Shown piece after piece: positions 17,765-27,561 of a stretch of DNA of 64,000 nt. Under the pieces are notes generated by a model, which ran no database searches, was not told the origin of the DNA, and saw only the letters and a program-made list of their open reading frames with translations. The position numbers were made by a program, and so were the translations under genes. Origin of the DNA: Promethearchaeia archaeon (lineage in GTDB: Archaea; Asgardarchaeota; Lokiarchaeia; Sigyniarchaeales; SOKP01); assembly GCA_029856125.1 (NCBI GenBank), contig JAHQWJ010000107.1:69038-133037 (forward strand), in the 5' to 3' direction. Positions within the stretch are counted from its first letter, which is position 1; each line of letters starts with the position of its first letter.

Positions 17765-19849
17765 CTATTTACCTCCTTTCTTTGTTTTTATTCCGGCGAA
17801 AGCACCCATAGGAACTTCTACAAACAACGGTCTTTTTGTGCCGGGGGTAATTTCTTCTTGTTTTATCCCTTCTTCTCGGAAAATTCTATTAATTAGCGAA
17901 GTACAAGTTTTTCCTCCACAAGCTCCCATCCCAGCCTTAGTTAATGCTTTCAATTCGTTAAAATCATGTACTCCATAACGAATCCATTTTCGTATCTCCC
18001 CTACCGAAACTCTTTCGCATCTACACACGATAATATCGTCATCGGTGTAAGGTTGCTGATAGAGGTCCATTGCCTCGGTATAACCTGATTTTATTAGTTT
18101 AATGCCAATTGCAGTCTTAGCAATTTCTGAAGGCAACTTAACTGAAACTAATTGAGTTTTAGGAAATTCTTTAAGAAATCTTGCTCGAGTCACTTCAAAC
18201 TCTCCTAAATCTCCCTCGTTACTAGCCACCATGACTGTTCGACCAACTTCCATCTTTTCAGAAGTTAATTCTAAAGGAAAAGTAACTACTGGAGATTCTT
18301 TATCTTTTCTATAGTCAATTAAGGTGATAGCTAATCCCGGACAAACCGCTACGCATTTTCCACAGCCTATACAATCTTCGTCGTCGACAAAATATGGTAA
18401 TTGAGTAATCAAGTCGTCAACTGTCTTGATTTGCTCCTGAGGACACACACTCGTACAAGGATTGCACGGTATTTCTTGATTACAATGAAATAGTGGAAAG
18501 ATACCTTCTTCCCTTCCTATCACTTCCGTATGAACAGGATCTGGAGGTTTTGCTTTCATTATATTAGCAAAATCTTCTAACTCTTCAAGATTCTCCGTAA
18601 TTGGAACTCCAATTTCTTTTAAGATTTTTAGCGCTTCAATTTTGCCGGTAAAAATTGCTGCAGAAGCTTCAGCTATTTCTTGGGCGTCACCCGCAATCCA
18701 TACTTTCATATGATATTGTTGCGCTTTATGGTAAAACTCATCTACAGGATCTAATCCAACTGCGATTAATAGAGTATCACAAGCAAATGTTCTTTCGGAG
18801 CCGGGTTCAATATCCCAGCTATCTGTAAGCTTCCCAATAGTAATGGATTCAAGTTTATCTTGCCCGTTTGCGGATATCACCGTATGGTTCGTATAAATAG
18901 GAACACCTAACCACTTTAATTTGTCTTCGTGAACTTTATATCCCCCACATTGGGATAAAGCTTCAACTAAACCTACAACATTTATCCCAGCTTGTATCGC
19001 GTGATATCCTGCTATTAACCCGACATTACCTCCTCCAACAATGAATACATTTTCCGCTGCTTTTATCACATCTCGATTTACTAAAGTTTGAAAAGCACCA
19101 GCGCCATACACTCCAGGAAGCGTGTTACCGGGAAAGACGAGCATCTTTTCTCTCGCGCCAGTTGCAATTAATAAGTACTTAGGTTTAATTAAAATATATT
19201 CGTCCGCGTCTTTTATAATACCAACTAATCCATCACTAAAAATTGCTAAAACTATGCTATTAACCCAAATCTTTACAGATTTAAGGTTGGATACTATATC
19301 ACCAAGTATGTTTCCTATCTCTATACCGCGTGTGCCCGCATATACATCTTCTTGAGAACCAAAAAATTTATGAGTCTGAAGGACTAATTTTCCACCTAAT
19401 CTTAATTTATCGTCCACTAAAATAACATCAATATTATTTTCTCCTAAAACTTTTGTAGCAGATAGTCCTGCAGGTCCACCACCTATTACGAGAACATCAG
19501 TATTTGTTATATTTATATCTTTAATTTCAACATGGTCATCTTCCATGGGTAATTCTGGTAGACCATTACAACTCTCGATTGTCATACCTTCAGTTAAAAG
19601 CGTCATACAAGCTTTAACTGACACTCCATCGACTATTACATTACATTGAGAGCATTGACCATTTGCGCAAAAAATTCCTTGAGGACTTCGATCTTTGACA
19701 TGATGGCCGAAAACTTTGATATTGTTTAGAAATAGAGCAGAAGATATAACCATTCCCGTAAATCCAATTAATGATTTTCCATCAAATGTAAATTCAATTT
19801 CTTTCTTTTTATCTATGTCTATAATCGGGTGGTTATTTATAAACTCCAT
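17765..19849 (-). CDS. Multidomain flavo/Fe-S oxidoreductase, proline dehydrogenase/sarcosine oxidase alpha-like
   Basis: N-terminal 2Fe-2S (CANGQCSQC), GGGPAG and GGGNVG nucleotide folds, ferredoxin motifs CNPCTSVCP and CIGCGKCVAVCP, C-terminal BFD-like CRCE...GMGACGGKTC. Confidence 0.8.
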   Translation of the reverse strand: MEFINNHPIIDIDKKKEIEFTFDGKSLIGFTGMVISSALFLNNIKVFGHHVKDRSPQGIFCANGQCSQCNVIVDGVSVKACMTLLTEGMTIESCNGLPELPMEDDHVEIKDINITNTDVLVIGGGPAGLSATKVLGENNIDVILVDDKLRLGGKLVLQTHKFFGSQEDVYAGTRGIEIGNILGDIVSNLKSVKIWVNSIVLAIFSDGLVGIIKDADEYILIKPKYLLIATGAREKMLVFPGNTLPGVYGAGAFQTLVNRDVIKAAENVFIVGGGNVGLIAGYHAIQAGINVVGLVEALSQCGGYKVHEDKLKWLGVPIYTNHTVISANGQDKLESITIGKLTDSWDIEPGSERTFACDTLLIAVGLDPVDEFYHKAQQYHMKVWIAGDAQEIAEASAAIFTGKIEALKILKEIGVPITENLEELEDFANIMKAKPPDPVHTEVIGREEGIFPLFHCNQEIPCNPCTSVCPQEQIKTVDDLITQLPYFVDDEDCIGCGKCVAVCPGLAITLIDYRKDKESPVVTFPLELTSEKMEVGRTVMVASNEGDLGEFEVTRARFLKEFPKTQLVSVKLPSEIAKTAIGIKLIKSGYTEAMDLYQQPYTDDDIIVCRCERVSVGEIRKWIRYGVHDFNELKALTKAGMGACGGKTCTSLINRIFREEGIKQEEITPGTKRPLFVEVPMGAFAGIKTKKGGK

Positions 19850-19965
19850 CTGGAATTTATTATAAGGATTAATAATTTATATTGATTTTTATCAAAATAA
19901 AAAATAGAATTAAAAAGCATTCCGTCCATGATGTGCCCAGAAAATAGTTATAAAATCTCTTCCGT

Positions 19966-21777
19966 TCAAGGAGATTTGACATCTTCAATGAATTGATATG
20001 ATTGATGCCTGAAATAAGTGTTATATAACCTTGCATAATAACCATTTCTTCGCATTAAACTTTCATGATTACCTTCTTCAACGATTTTTCCATGGTCTAA
20101 TACAATTATGCGATCAACATTTCTTACAGTTGTCAGCCTATGAGCAATAACGATTGTAGATCTTCCTTGCATTACTTTTTCCATTGCTTCTTGAATTTGA
20201 AGCTCCGTAAAAGGATCTACAGATGCTGTTGCCTCATCTAGTATTAATATCGATGGATTTTGTAACAATACCCTTGCAAATACGATTAATTGCCGTTGAC
20301 CCATTGAAAGAACTTTTCCTCTTTCTAGAATAAATGTTTTCAATCCATTATCAAGATTTTTTATCCATTCCATACCACCTGACCGTTCTAAAGCCCTTAT
20401 TACATCTTCATGAGAAGCCTCTGGTGAACCGTATTTAACGTTGTTTTCAATCGTATCCGCCCAGAGGAATGGAACTTGTGGTATAAAACCAACAGATCTC
20501 CTAAATTCCGAAAGTGAAATATCACGTATACTATGTCCATCTATTCGCACATCTCCTGATTGAAACTCATATAAGCGGAGCAAAATTTTAGTCAGACTTG
20601 ATTTTCCAGCTCCAGTGTGACCTACAATCGCAACGGTTTCTCCTGGTTGGATTACTAAATTGAAATCCTTGAAAATAGGTTTATCAGGCACATATTCGAA
20701 TCCTAAATTATCAAATTCTATTCTGCCTTTTATTGAATCCAAAACATAACCTCCTTGTTTAATATAGGATTGAGAATCTTGAAGAGCAAAGATTCTTTCT
20801 GCAGCTGATAAACCATCTTGAAATTGAGCCCAAAAACCTGCAATTTGAAGTATAGGCGAGAACATAAGGAGCGAACTCTGAAGAAATAAATAAATATCCG
20901 AACCACTTAACTCTCCTTGGAGAATTAAATTACCTCCAAAAAATATTAATAAAGCATAGAGAACTGCTACGAGAATATCTAAGCTCGGAAAAAGAATTGA
21001 TAAGTATAAAGCTCTACTCATATTTACTTTGTAAGATTGCTTATTTATTGCTTGAAAATTATCGTATTGACTTTTTTCTTGACGAAAACTTTTGATGATT
21101 TGAATTCCTGCCATTGATTCCTGTACGAAGGCATTTACTTGTGCTAAGGAACGTTGGCCATATACTGATTTTCTTCTTGTTATTTTTCTAAAAGATAAAG
21201 TAAATGCAAAAACAAAAGGTACGATTATCATAAATACTCCAGTTAACAAGGGGCTTACAATAATCATCGGAATGAATACAATCATAAATATTAGGAAAGA
21301 AGAAATTAATTCTGTAAACATAGTAACTGATCCACCAAACTTTGCTCCGTCTGAGTTTATTCTACTCACAATTCTGCCCGTTGGATATTTATCGAAGAAC
21401 GATAAATCTTGCTCAAGAACTCTTAGATTAGTTTGTCTACGTAAATTATAACAAACTCCATATACCATTCGGTTTCCTGTGCGTCTGTTCACATAATTAA
21501 AAAGGTATCCTAATGAATTTAATATTAAAGTGTTAATTATAAAAAAGATTAAAATAAGGGGATCTGATTGCGTCTCTAATTGCTTAATAATTAAACTCAT
21601 AAGATACGGAGTTAATCCATAAGTTATTGAAGAAAGGCAAATAAAAGTAATTATAATTGTCATAGAACGCCTATATGGTTTAAACAGTTTCAAAATTCTT
21701 GAAAATAATTCTCTATCAGAGTAGATTCTGTCGTAACCTTCTTCACCTAGTCCAAAATAACCAATTTTTGGAGACAT
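19966..21777 (-). CDS. ABC exporter, fused permease/ATPase (heterodimer subunit)
   Basis: TMD plus GHTGAGKS, LSMGQRQ, ILDEAT, AHRL. Confidence 0.92.
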   Translation of the reverse strand: MSPKIGYFGLGEEGYDRIYSDRELFSRILKLFKPYRRSMTIIITFICLSSITYGLTPYLMSLIIKQLETQSDPLILIFFIINTLILNSLGYLFNYVNRRTGNRMVYGVCYNLRRQTNLRVLEQDLSFFDKYPTGRIVSRINSDGAKFGGSVTMFTELISSFLIFMIVFIPMIIVSPLLTGVFMIIVPFVFAFTLSFRKITRRKSVYGQRSLAQVNAFVQESMAGIQIIKSFRQEKSQYDNFQAINKQSYKVNMSRALYLSILFPSLDILVAVLYALLIFFGGNLILQGELSGSDIYLFLQSSLLMFSPILQIAGFWAQFQDGLSAAERIFALQDSQSYIKQGGYVLDSIKGRIEFDNLGFEYVPDKPIFKDFNLVIQPGETVAIVGHTGAGKSSLTKILLRLYEFQSGDVRIDGHSIRDISLSEFRRSVGFIPQVPFLWADTIENNVKYGSPEASHEDVIRALERSGGMEWIKNLDNGLKTFILERGKVLSMGQRQLIVFARVLLQNPSILILDEATASVDPFTELQIQEAMEKVMQGRSTIVIAHRLTTVRNVDRIIVLDHGKIVEEGNHESLMRRNGYYARLYNTYFRHQSYQFIEDVKSP

Positions 21778-21782
21778 TCTAA

Positions 21783-23621
21783 TTAGGCACCTCCCAAAAG
21801 CTCATCTAAGGTTTTGTCAAATCGTTTAATGAAGATTTTTTGATACTCTTTTGAATTTTTAAGTAAATATTCGTGCGATCCTTGATTGACAATCTCACCT
21901 TGACTTAACACTATTATTAAGTCTGCCCATCTAATCTGGGAAAGCCTATGTGTTATGATAAAGGTAGTTCTTCCGTGTAGAACCCTGAAAATAGCCTTTT
22001 GAATCCTTTCCTCAGTCTCTGAGTCTATTGAGGAGCTAGAATCATCCAAAACTAATATTTTTGGGTCTGTGAGGAAAGCTCGGGCAATTGCAATTCGTTG
22101 GCGTTCTCCGCCACTTAATTGTACTCCTCTTTCACCAACCTCTGTATTGTACTGATTAGGTAAATCTTCTATAAATTCATGAGCCTGCGCCTCTCTTGCG
22201 ACGTTTATTACTTGTTCCTTTGTGGAATCTCGCCCAAAGGTAATGTTATCTAAAATTGAATCTGAAAAGATAAAAATATCCTGTTCAATATAAGCTATTT
22301 GGTCGCGAAGAGACTGAAGAGAATACTTTCTAATATCTATCCCGTCAATTAAAATTCGACCCTTATCGACATCATATAACCTTGAAATCATTTTCGTAAG
22401 CGTAGTCTTTCCAGAACCTGTTGTACCTACGATTGCTATAGTCTGTCCTTCCGATACTTCAAAATTTATATTTTTGAGAACTTTGTTTTGAGTACCTGGA
22501 TAAGAAAATGATACATTCTCAAACTTTAGAGCACCTTCAATATTTTTAGTTATAGCATCATCAGCATCGTAAATTTCTGAACTTTGATTCATAATTTCTA
22601 AAAGCCTATTTCCTCCCACAATTGCTTCTTTTGCCATAAAGAATGACTTTATTGAAGCGTTGACAGGAAACCGCAATCGCAATAGTAAACCTATTACCCC
22701 TAATATATCACCAACGGTCAGAATACCGGCTCTATTATAAAGCACGCCAATAGTTAGACCTATAGTAATTGTAACTGAGAGGAGCAATATAGGTAAATAC
22801 TTTGCTTGTATATCGCCTTGTTCAATACCTATATCTCGATAACTCAAAGCACTATCTTTATATTTCTCAATGCTATTTTCTTCCTGAGACATTGATTTCA
22901 CTATTTCAATCCCGCTCAAGGATTCATTTAGAATAGTGTTCATAGAACCAAAAGCAATGCGCCTAAGTACCGTTGAAGGAGTTAAACGTCCAAGAAATCT
23001 GCGAAGATATAATATAAAGATAACACTAAATATCAATGGAATTAATACTAATTCTAGGCGATAGGTAGAACCAATAAAATATATAGGAACGATTAGGTTG
23101 ATTCCTGCATTTATAATCATACCTATCGCAGGAGAAATTAAAAAATTCAAATATCTTACGTCATTAGTAGCCCGAGCCATTATGTCTCCTATTCTTTGTT
23201 TATCATGAAATGATTGACTTTTGCCTAGCAAACTTAAATAGAATTCTCTGCGTACGTCTCTCTCAATTCTCTGAGCAACAATTTCCCGAAATGTTCTTGC
23301 TAACACTCCCGAAATAGGACTTCCCAATCCGATAAACAATACCAAAAAAGTATAGCTAACAACTTGAGATGATTGGGCCGTAGGGAAAACATCAATAGCT
23401 TTTCCGATTATGACATAAATGAACGAAGCTAAATAAGACGAAATTATCATCAGAACGAAGAATAATATCATAAAATACTTGTTAGATTTATAAAAAATGT
23501 GTTTAACCAACCAAGATTTTATTCCTTTTTGTCTGGTTTTTAAAAAGTCATCATTCTCAAATATAAATTCTGATTTTGCACTACTGGGTTGTGGTTTCTG
23601 AGATTTTAAGGCTAGATTCAC
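21783..23621 (-). CDS. ABC exporter, fused permease/ATPase (heterodimer subunit, degenerate Walker B)
   Basis: TMD plus GTTGSGKT, LSGGERQ, VLDDSSS. Confidence 0.92.
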   Translation of the reverse strand: MNLALKSQKPQPSSAKSEFIFENDDFLKTRQKGIKSWLVKHIFYKSNKYFMILFFVLMIISSYLASFIYVIIGKAIDVFPTAQSSQVVSYTFLVLFIGLGSPISGVLARTFREIVAQRIERDVRREFYLSLLGKSQSFHDKQRIGDIMARATNDVRYLNFLISPAIGMIINAGINLIVPIYFIGSTYRLELVLIPLIFSVIFILYLRRFLGRLTPSTVLRRIAFGSMNTILNESLSGIEIVKSMSQEENSIEKYKDSALSYRDIGIEQGDIQAKYLPILLLSVTITIGLTIGVLYNRAGILTVGDILGVIGLLLRLRFPVNASIKSFFMAKEAIVGGNRLLEIMNQSSEIYDADDAITKNIEGALKFENVSFSYPGTQNKVLKNINFEVSEGQTIAIVGTTGSGKTTLTKMISRLYDVDKGRILIDGIDIRKYSLQSLRDQIAYIEQDIFIFSDSILDNITFGRDSTKEQVINVAREAQAHEFIEDLPNQYNTEVGERGVQLSGGERQRIAIARAFLTDPKILVLDDSSSSIDSETEERIQKAIFRVLHGRTTFIITHRLSQIRWADLIIVLSQGEIVNQGSHEYLLKNSKEYQKIFIKRFDKTLDELLGGA

Positions 23622-23746
23622 TTCATTAGGTAGTAGTTTTATTTTAAAAAACGGTGATAAAATATAATTATAAAAATAGTTGGTAATTTTTTATTTTTTC
23701 TAAAAAAATTAAGTAAAGTATGAGGAAAATAAATTTTAATATTAGT

Positions 23747-25927
23747 TTATTGATAAGGAGTTATAATATCAATTATTTTATGAAAATCTATTCCTAACTT
23801 TTTTGCAGTCTCTATAGTAGGGCAACCGTTTTTACTCCAACCTCGTTCAATGTAAACCGCATCCTGGAGTTTTTTATACTGTTCTTCTCGATGCTCACGG
23901 AGTATTTTGATTTTTTCTCCAGTAGATTTACCCATAATATCGATCTTCATCTCTTTTAACTGATTATCATATCTCTCTGCTCGACTTTCGTATTCAAGCG
24001 GAGTGACAGGTCCAACAGCCCTATATGGTAAATTAGAATCGTGTTCTCGAAGACCTTTACCCTGTCTGATGTTAAATATTCTTTGAAAGGTATACACTCG
24101 TTCAGACATCAAGAGGAGATCGTCTATTGTAGATTCGCGACCAGTCACCGCTGAAAAATATTGTGTATACCATTTTACGTGATCAGGAATTTTAGCGCGG
24201 ACTAGTTCTCCCGTTTTAGGATCTTTGATAGGGTAATCTGCCTGACTCGTTGGTTGGATGTCGTTCCAGGGCAGCTTGCATAAACCGCATAAACTAAACC
24301 AAGTTCTCCATATTGGGAAATACTGTAGAGCTTTAGCTTTATCCTTAAATGTTGGAATCGAATTTCGAATAACATCGTCAAAAATAAGCCAAGCTTCGTC
24401 GTGTTGTGGACCTTTGTTTGCTAATCCATACCCACATTGTTGTGCTAACGATTCTTTGGTTACATATTCAGAAAATTCTAAACCCTTGTGTTCCATGCCG
24501 ATATCCTGCACAAATTGTGGATCTGCCCCATAGTTTTCGACAAAATATTTTTTCATATATTTTATACCTTTTCCAACGATAATTCCAAAGCCTTCACCCT
24601 TAGCCATTTGATGAATTAATTCAACCGCAGCCTCAACACTTCCGAAATTTAAATCCAAACCTCCAGTTCTTTCTTTATTTAAAATACCCGCTTCATAACA
24701 CTCCATAACGAAGGCTATCCCTGTACCTACTGAAATAGTATCTAATCCGTAAGTATCGCAATAGAAATTTACTTCTAAAACCCATTTTGGGTCCCATACG
24801 CCCCAGTTTGAGCCACAACCAGCTATAGTCTCGTATTCTGGACCGTCAACAATTAATTTTTGTCCTTTAAAAGGACCCGTTCGAACTTCATATCCATCTG
24901 AATAGTGAGAACAGCTCACAGTGCATCCAATCCAACAACCGTCTCCTCCCTCTTTTCCAGAGTATATCTCCCTCATTATTTCTCTACTATACGGGATATC
25001 TTTTCCACTAATTTCTTTATGTCTTCCGAATCGAAAATTTTCTGTTGGTAAAAGGTCAGTAACATTCATAATATCGGGAAGATGCCCCGTTCCAACTCTG
25101 CGCATTTCATTCTGGACAGGATCAAGTTTAATTATTTCTTGAGTATGTGCTATCCCTATTTTTCTAGCTTCTTCTAAATTAGCGGGATTATTCGATCCAA
25201 CGGAAACTTTTGGAGAACGACACACCAAAGCTTTAATGTTTTTATCAGCAAAAACGGTCCCAATTCCCCCTCGTCCAGCCTGTTTGCTTGATGCCCATTT
25301 ACGACCCGGAACGTACCACGAGAAGTTTAATAACCCCCAATTCGTATGATTAGCCGCAGGGCCAGTACTTACGATGGAAACTCGTTGTTTTTCACGATCA
25401 TCTTGTGCGTATACTTCAGTAAGTTGCTGGGTCAATTCGTGAGAATACTTTGATAATTCTTCAGATGCTTCAATGGTTTTGATTTGGATAACGCCTTCAA
25501 CGCCATCAATGTACACAATAACTTCTTGTTGAGACTTCCCTTGAATTTCAAGCGCATCGAACCCTGAGAATTTTAAATACGGCCCGAAATATCCCCCCAC
25601 ATTTGAATCTACGATAATATCTGTTAAGGGTGATATTGTTGTAACTATAGATTTTCCCGATCCTGGGTAAAAGATATTTCCTCCTAATGGTCCTGAAGAG
25701 ATGCATATTTCGTTTTCAGGATCGTTCCACTTTACTATTTTATCTTGCGGGAGTCCATTCCACATAAGCCAAAGATCGAAACCTTTCCCTCCAATAAAAT
25801 TCTCTTTCATTCCATCGGTAACTGGCTTTATCTGAATCTCGCTATTGGTAAGATTAATGTAGAGTGTTCTGTTAGTATACCCTTTTTGGACTTCGTGGAG
25901 TTCATAGTTCTTTTCTGCCAAAATCAT
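23747..25927 (-). CDS. Aldehyde:ferredoxin oxidoreductase (tungstopterin) family
   Basis: DSNVGGYFG, AGRGGIG, CWIGCTVSC, GPEYET, DTYGLD motifs. Confidence 0.9.
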   Translation of the reverse strand: MILAEKNYELHEVQKGYTNRTLYINLTNSEIQIKPVTDGMKENFIGGKGFDLWLMWNGLPQDKIVKWNDPENEICISSGPLGGNIFYPGSGKSIVTTISPLTDIIVDSNVGGYFGPYLKFSGFDALEIQGKSQQEVIVYIDGVEGVIQIKTIEASEELSKYSHELTQQLTEVYAQDDREKQRVSIVSTGPAANHTNWGLLNFSWYVPGRKWASSKQAGRGGIGTVFADKNIKALVCRSPKVSVGSNNPANLEEARKIGIAHTQEIIKLDPVQNEMRRVGTGHLPDIMNVTDLLPTENFRFGRHKEISGKDIPYSREIMREIYSGKEGGDGCWIGCTVSCSHYSDGYEVRTGPFKGQKLIVDGPEYETIAGCGSNWGVWDPKWVLEVNFYCDTYGLDTISVGTGIAFVMECYEAGILNKERTGGLDLNFGSVEAAVELIHQMAKGEGFGIIVGKGIKYMKKYFVENYGADPQFVQDIGMEHKGLEFSEYVTKESLAQQCGYGLANKGPQHDEAWLIFDDVIRNSIPTFKDKAKALQYFPIWRTWFSLCGLCKLPWNDIQPTSQADYPIKDPKTGELVRAKIPDHVKWYTQYFSAVTGRESTIDDLLLMSERVYTFQRIFNIRQGKGLREHDSNLPYRAVGPVTPLEYESRAERYDNQLKEMKIDIMGKSTGEKIKILREHREEQYKKLQDAVYIERGWSKNGCPTIETAKKLGIDFHKIIDIITPYQ

Positions 25928-26092
25928 AGAATTTCACTCAATTAAATTTTAATTATTATATTAAAAACATGACTTTAAATTATGGATGATTTAATGAGAC
26001 TTTAGAATTAAATATTATTTAAATGGATTTAAAATTGTAATTTAAAAAAAATTAATAGGTTCTTAAGTTGCTTTGATATGTTTAGTGTTGTT

Positions 26093-26656
26093 TTAAATCT
26101 GACTAGCTAACTCTTTAGTCCATTTACGAATCTCATCCCAATTTCTTGAATCGTAAACTCCTGGCTCTGTTTCTTTAATTCCTGCCGGGATGAAATTTTC
26201 TCTTTCTGCGTCTAAGAATTTTCTATAAATTTTACCCATCTGATTATAATCCCAGATACCTCCAAACATAGTCATTGAGATTGGATTCAAATCATACTTA
26301 GAAGCTTTATCTTCAAGATATTTTTTAGTAATTCTAATAATTTCATCATGTTCTCCTTTATATTCCATGAGTGCTCGCGCTCCTGAAGACACGAAGAGTG
26401 CCACTTTCTTTTTCTTGAGCTCAATGCTAAACTTGTTTAAAAATGCTTTAGCTTTACTCGTCCACATTTCCATTTTCATTCCACTTCCAATTATAACAAG
26501 TTCAAATTTTGAGATATCTTTGACCTTCTCTTCTTTGAGATTTACAACTTTTACCTCAAATCCTTCGCCTTGAAGAACTTTGGATATTTCTTCTGCGGTA
26601 CTAGTTGTCGCTCCATAACGAGTACCATATGCAATCAATATTTTGGTTTTTTCCAT
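26093..26656 (-). CDS. Flavodoxin-domain protein (HemG-like)
   Basis: YGTRYGAT FMN loop, DSRNWDEIRKW C-terminal motif. Confidence 0.8.
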   Translation of the reverse strand: MEKTKILIAYGTRYGATTSTAEEISKVLQGEGFEVKVVNLKEEKVKDISKFELVIIGSGMKMEMWTSKAKAFLNKFSIELKKKKVALFVSSGARALMEYKGEHDEIIRITKKYLEDKASKYDLNPISMTMFGGIWDYNQMGKIYRKFLDAERENFIPAGIKETEPGVYDSRNWDEIRKWTKELASQI

Positions 26657-26674
26657 TTTTTTATCTTCCTTCAA

Positions 26675-27337
26675 TTAATTTTTTCTAGCTAATCCTTGTA
26701 ATAACACGTCAATTGAGTGTTGAAGATATCCCTCAGCAGTGATGCCATATGTTTCTAAGAGTAATTGATTTACGGGAGATAGATGAACTATATCCTCAAT
26801 GGTAGAACCCAAGAACATTACTGTCTGTATTGGATCCAAGTCCTTTCTTATTGTACCATCGTTAATTCCCAAACTGACAGCATTCGTTAACATATCAAGT
26901 AATTCTTTTTTTAATACAATATATTCCTCTGCGTTTTCAATTTCTGTATCGTCATTCTCGTCGTTTTGAAGCATTTTCATAAAACGAGGGACTCTCGCTG
27001 AAAGATTAAGACGATAATAGTCTGAGTGAATTTGTGAGTAATCAAAGTAAGCCCGAATTATACTCATTAATTTTCCTAACCCAGTAGTCTCGCTTTTTTC
27101 AGCATTTTTAAATGTATCCCTAAGGATAACCACACCTTCTATTACTACAGCAAAATATAACGAAGGTTTATTTTTAAAATACAAATAGAGCGTCGTTTTA
27201 GAAAGCTCTAGATCTCCAGCGATATCATCCATGGAAACCTCATCATAACTCTTTTTAAAAAACCTATTTTCAGCAGCTTTAAGTATATCGTTACGACGTT
27301 GTAATTTTTCGCGTTCTCTTCTAGATAATTTGGAAAT
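26675..27337 (-). CDS. TetR/AcrR family regulator; probable ATT start at 27337
   Basis: Frame extends upstream of ATG 27232 as ISKLSRREREKLQRRNDILKAAENRFFKKSYDEVSMDDIA, completing the TetR HTH; GGTGA 6 nt before ATT; in-frame TGA at 27344-27346. Confidence 0.8.
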   Translation of the reverse strand: MSKLSRREREKLQRRNDILKAAENRFFKKSYDEVSMDDIAGDLELSKTTLYLYFKNKPSLYFAVVIEGVVILRDTFKNAEKSETTGLGKLMSIIRAYFDYSQIHSDYYRLNLSARVPRFMKMLQNDENDDTEIENAEEYIVLKKELLDMLTNAVSLGINDGTIRKDLDPIQTVMFLGSTIEDIVHLSPVNQLLLETYGITAEGYLQHSIDVLLQGLARKN

Positions 27338-27398
27338 CTTAATTCACCAATTTCAGCTTAATTATTCATTTAATGTTATTACAAGTCATTTATTAAGT

Positions 27399-27462
27399 TT
27401 ACTAATAGTAATTATCTTACCATTAGTAAGTTACCTACTATAAGTAATTTTGTCTATATAAA
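27399..27462 (-). promoter_or_regulatory. Three 13-bp TTAC-N5-GTAA-type palindromes at 18-bp spacing (27399, 27417, 27435) downstream of TATA box 27455-27462
   Basis: TTACTAATAGTAA, TTACCATTAGTAA, CTACTATAAGTAA read directly upstream of the TetR gene. Confidence 0.7.
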
Positions 27463-27561
27463 TTTAGCGTTCTAAAATTGAATAAATTGAGATAAAATGA
27501 CTAAAAAAGAGGCACTTGTAATGATTTTAAATAGCCCCTTAAATTAAATCAAAAAAGAAAT

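Noticed and set aside
19966-23621. Degenerate ATPase motifs (DD Walker B, LSMGQ) as a sign of pseudogenisation or novelty
   Set aside because: This asymmetry is normal for heterodimeric ABC exporters.
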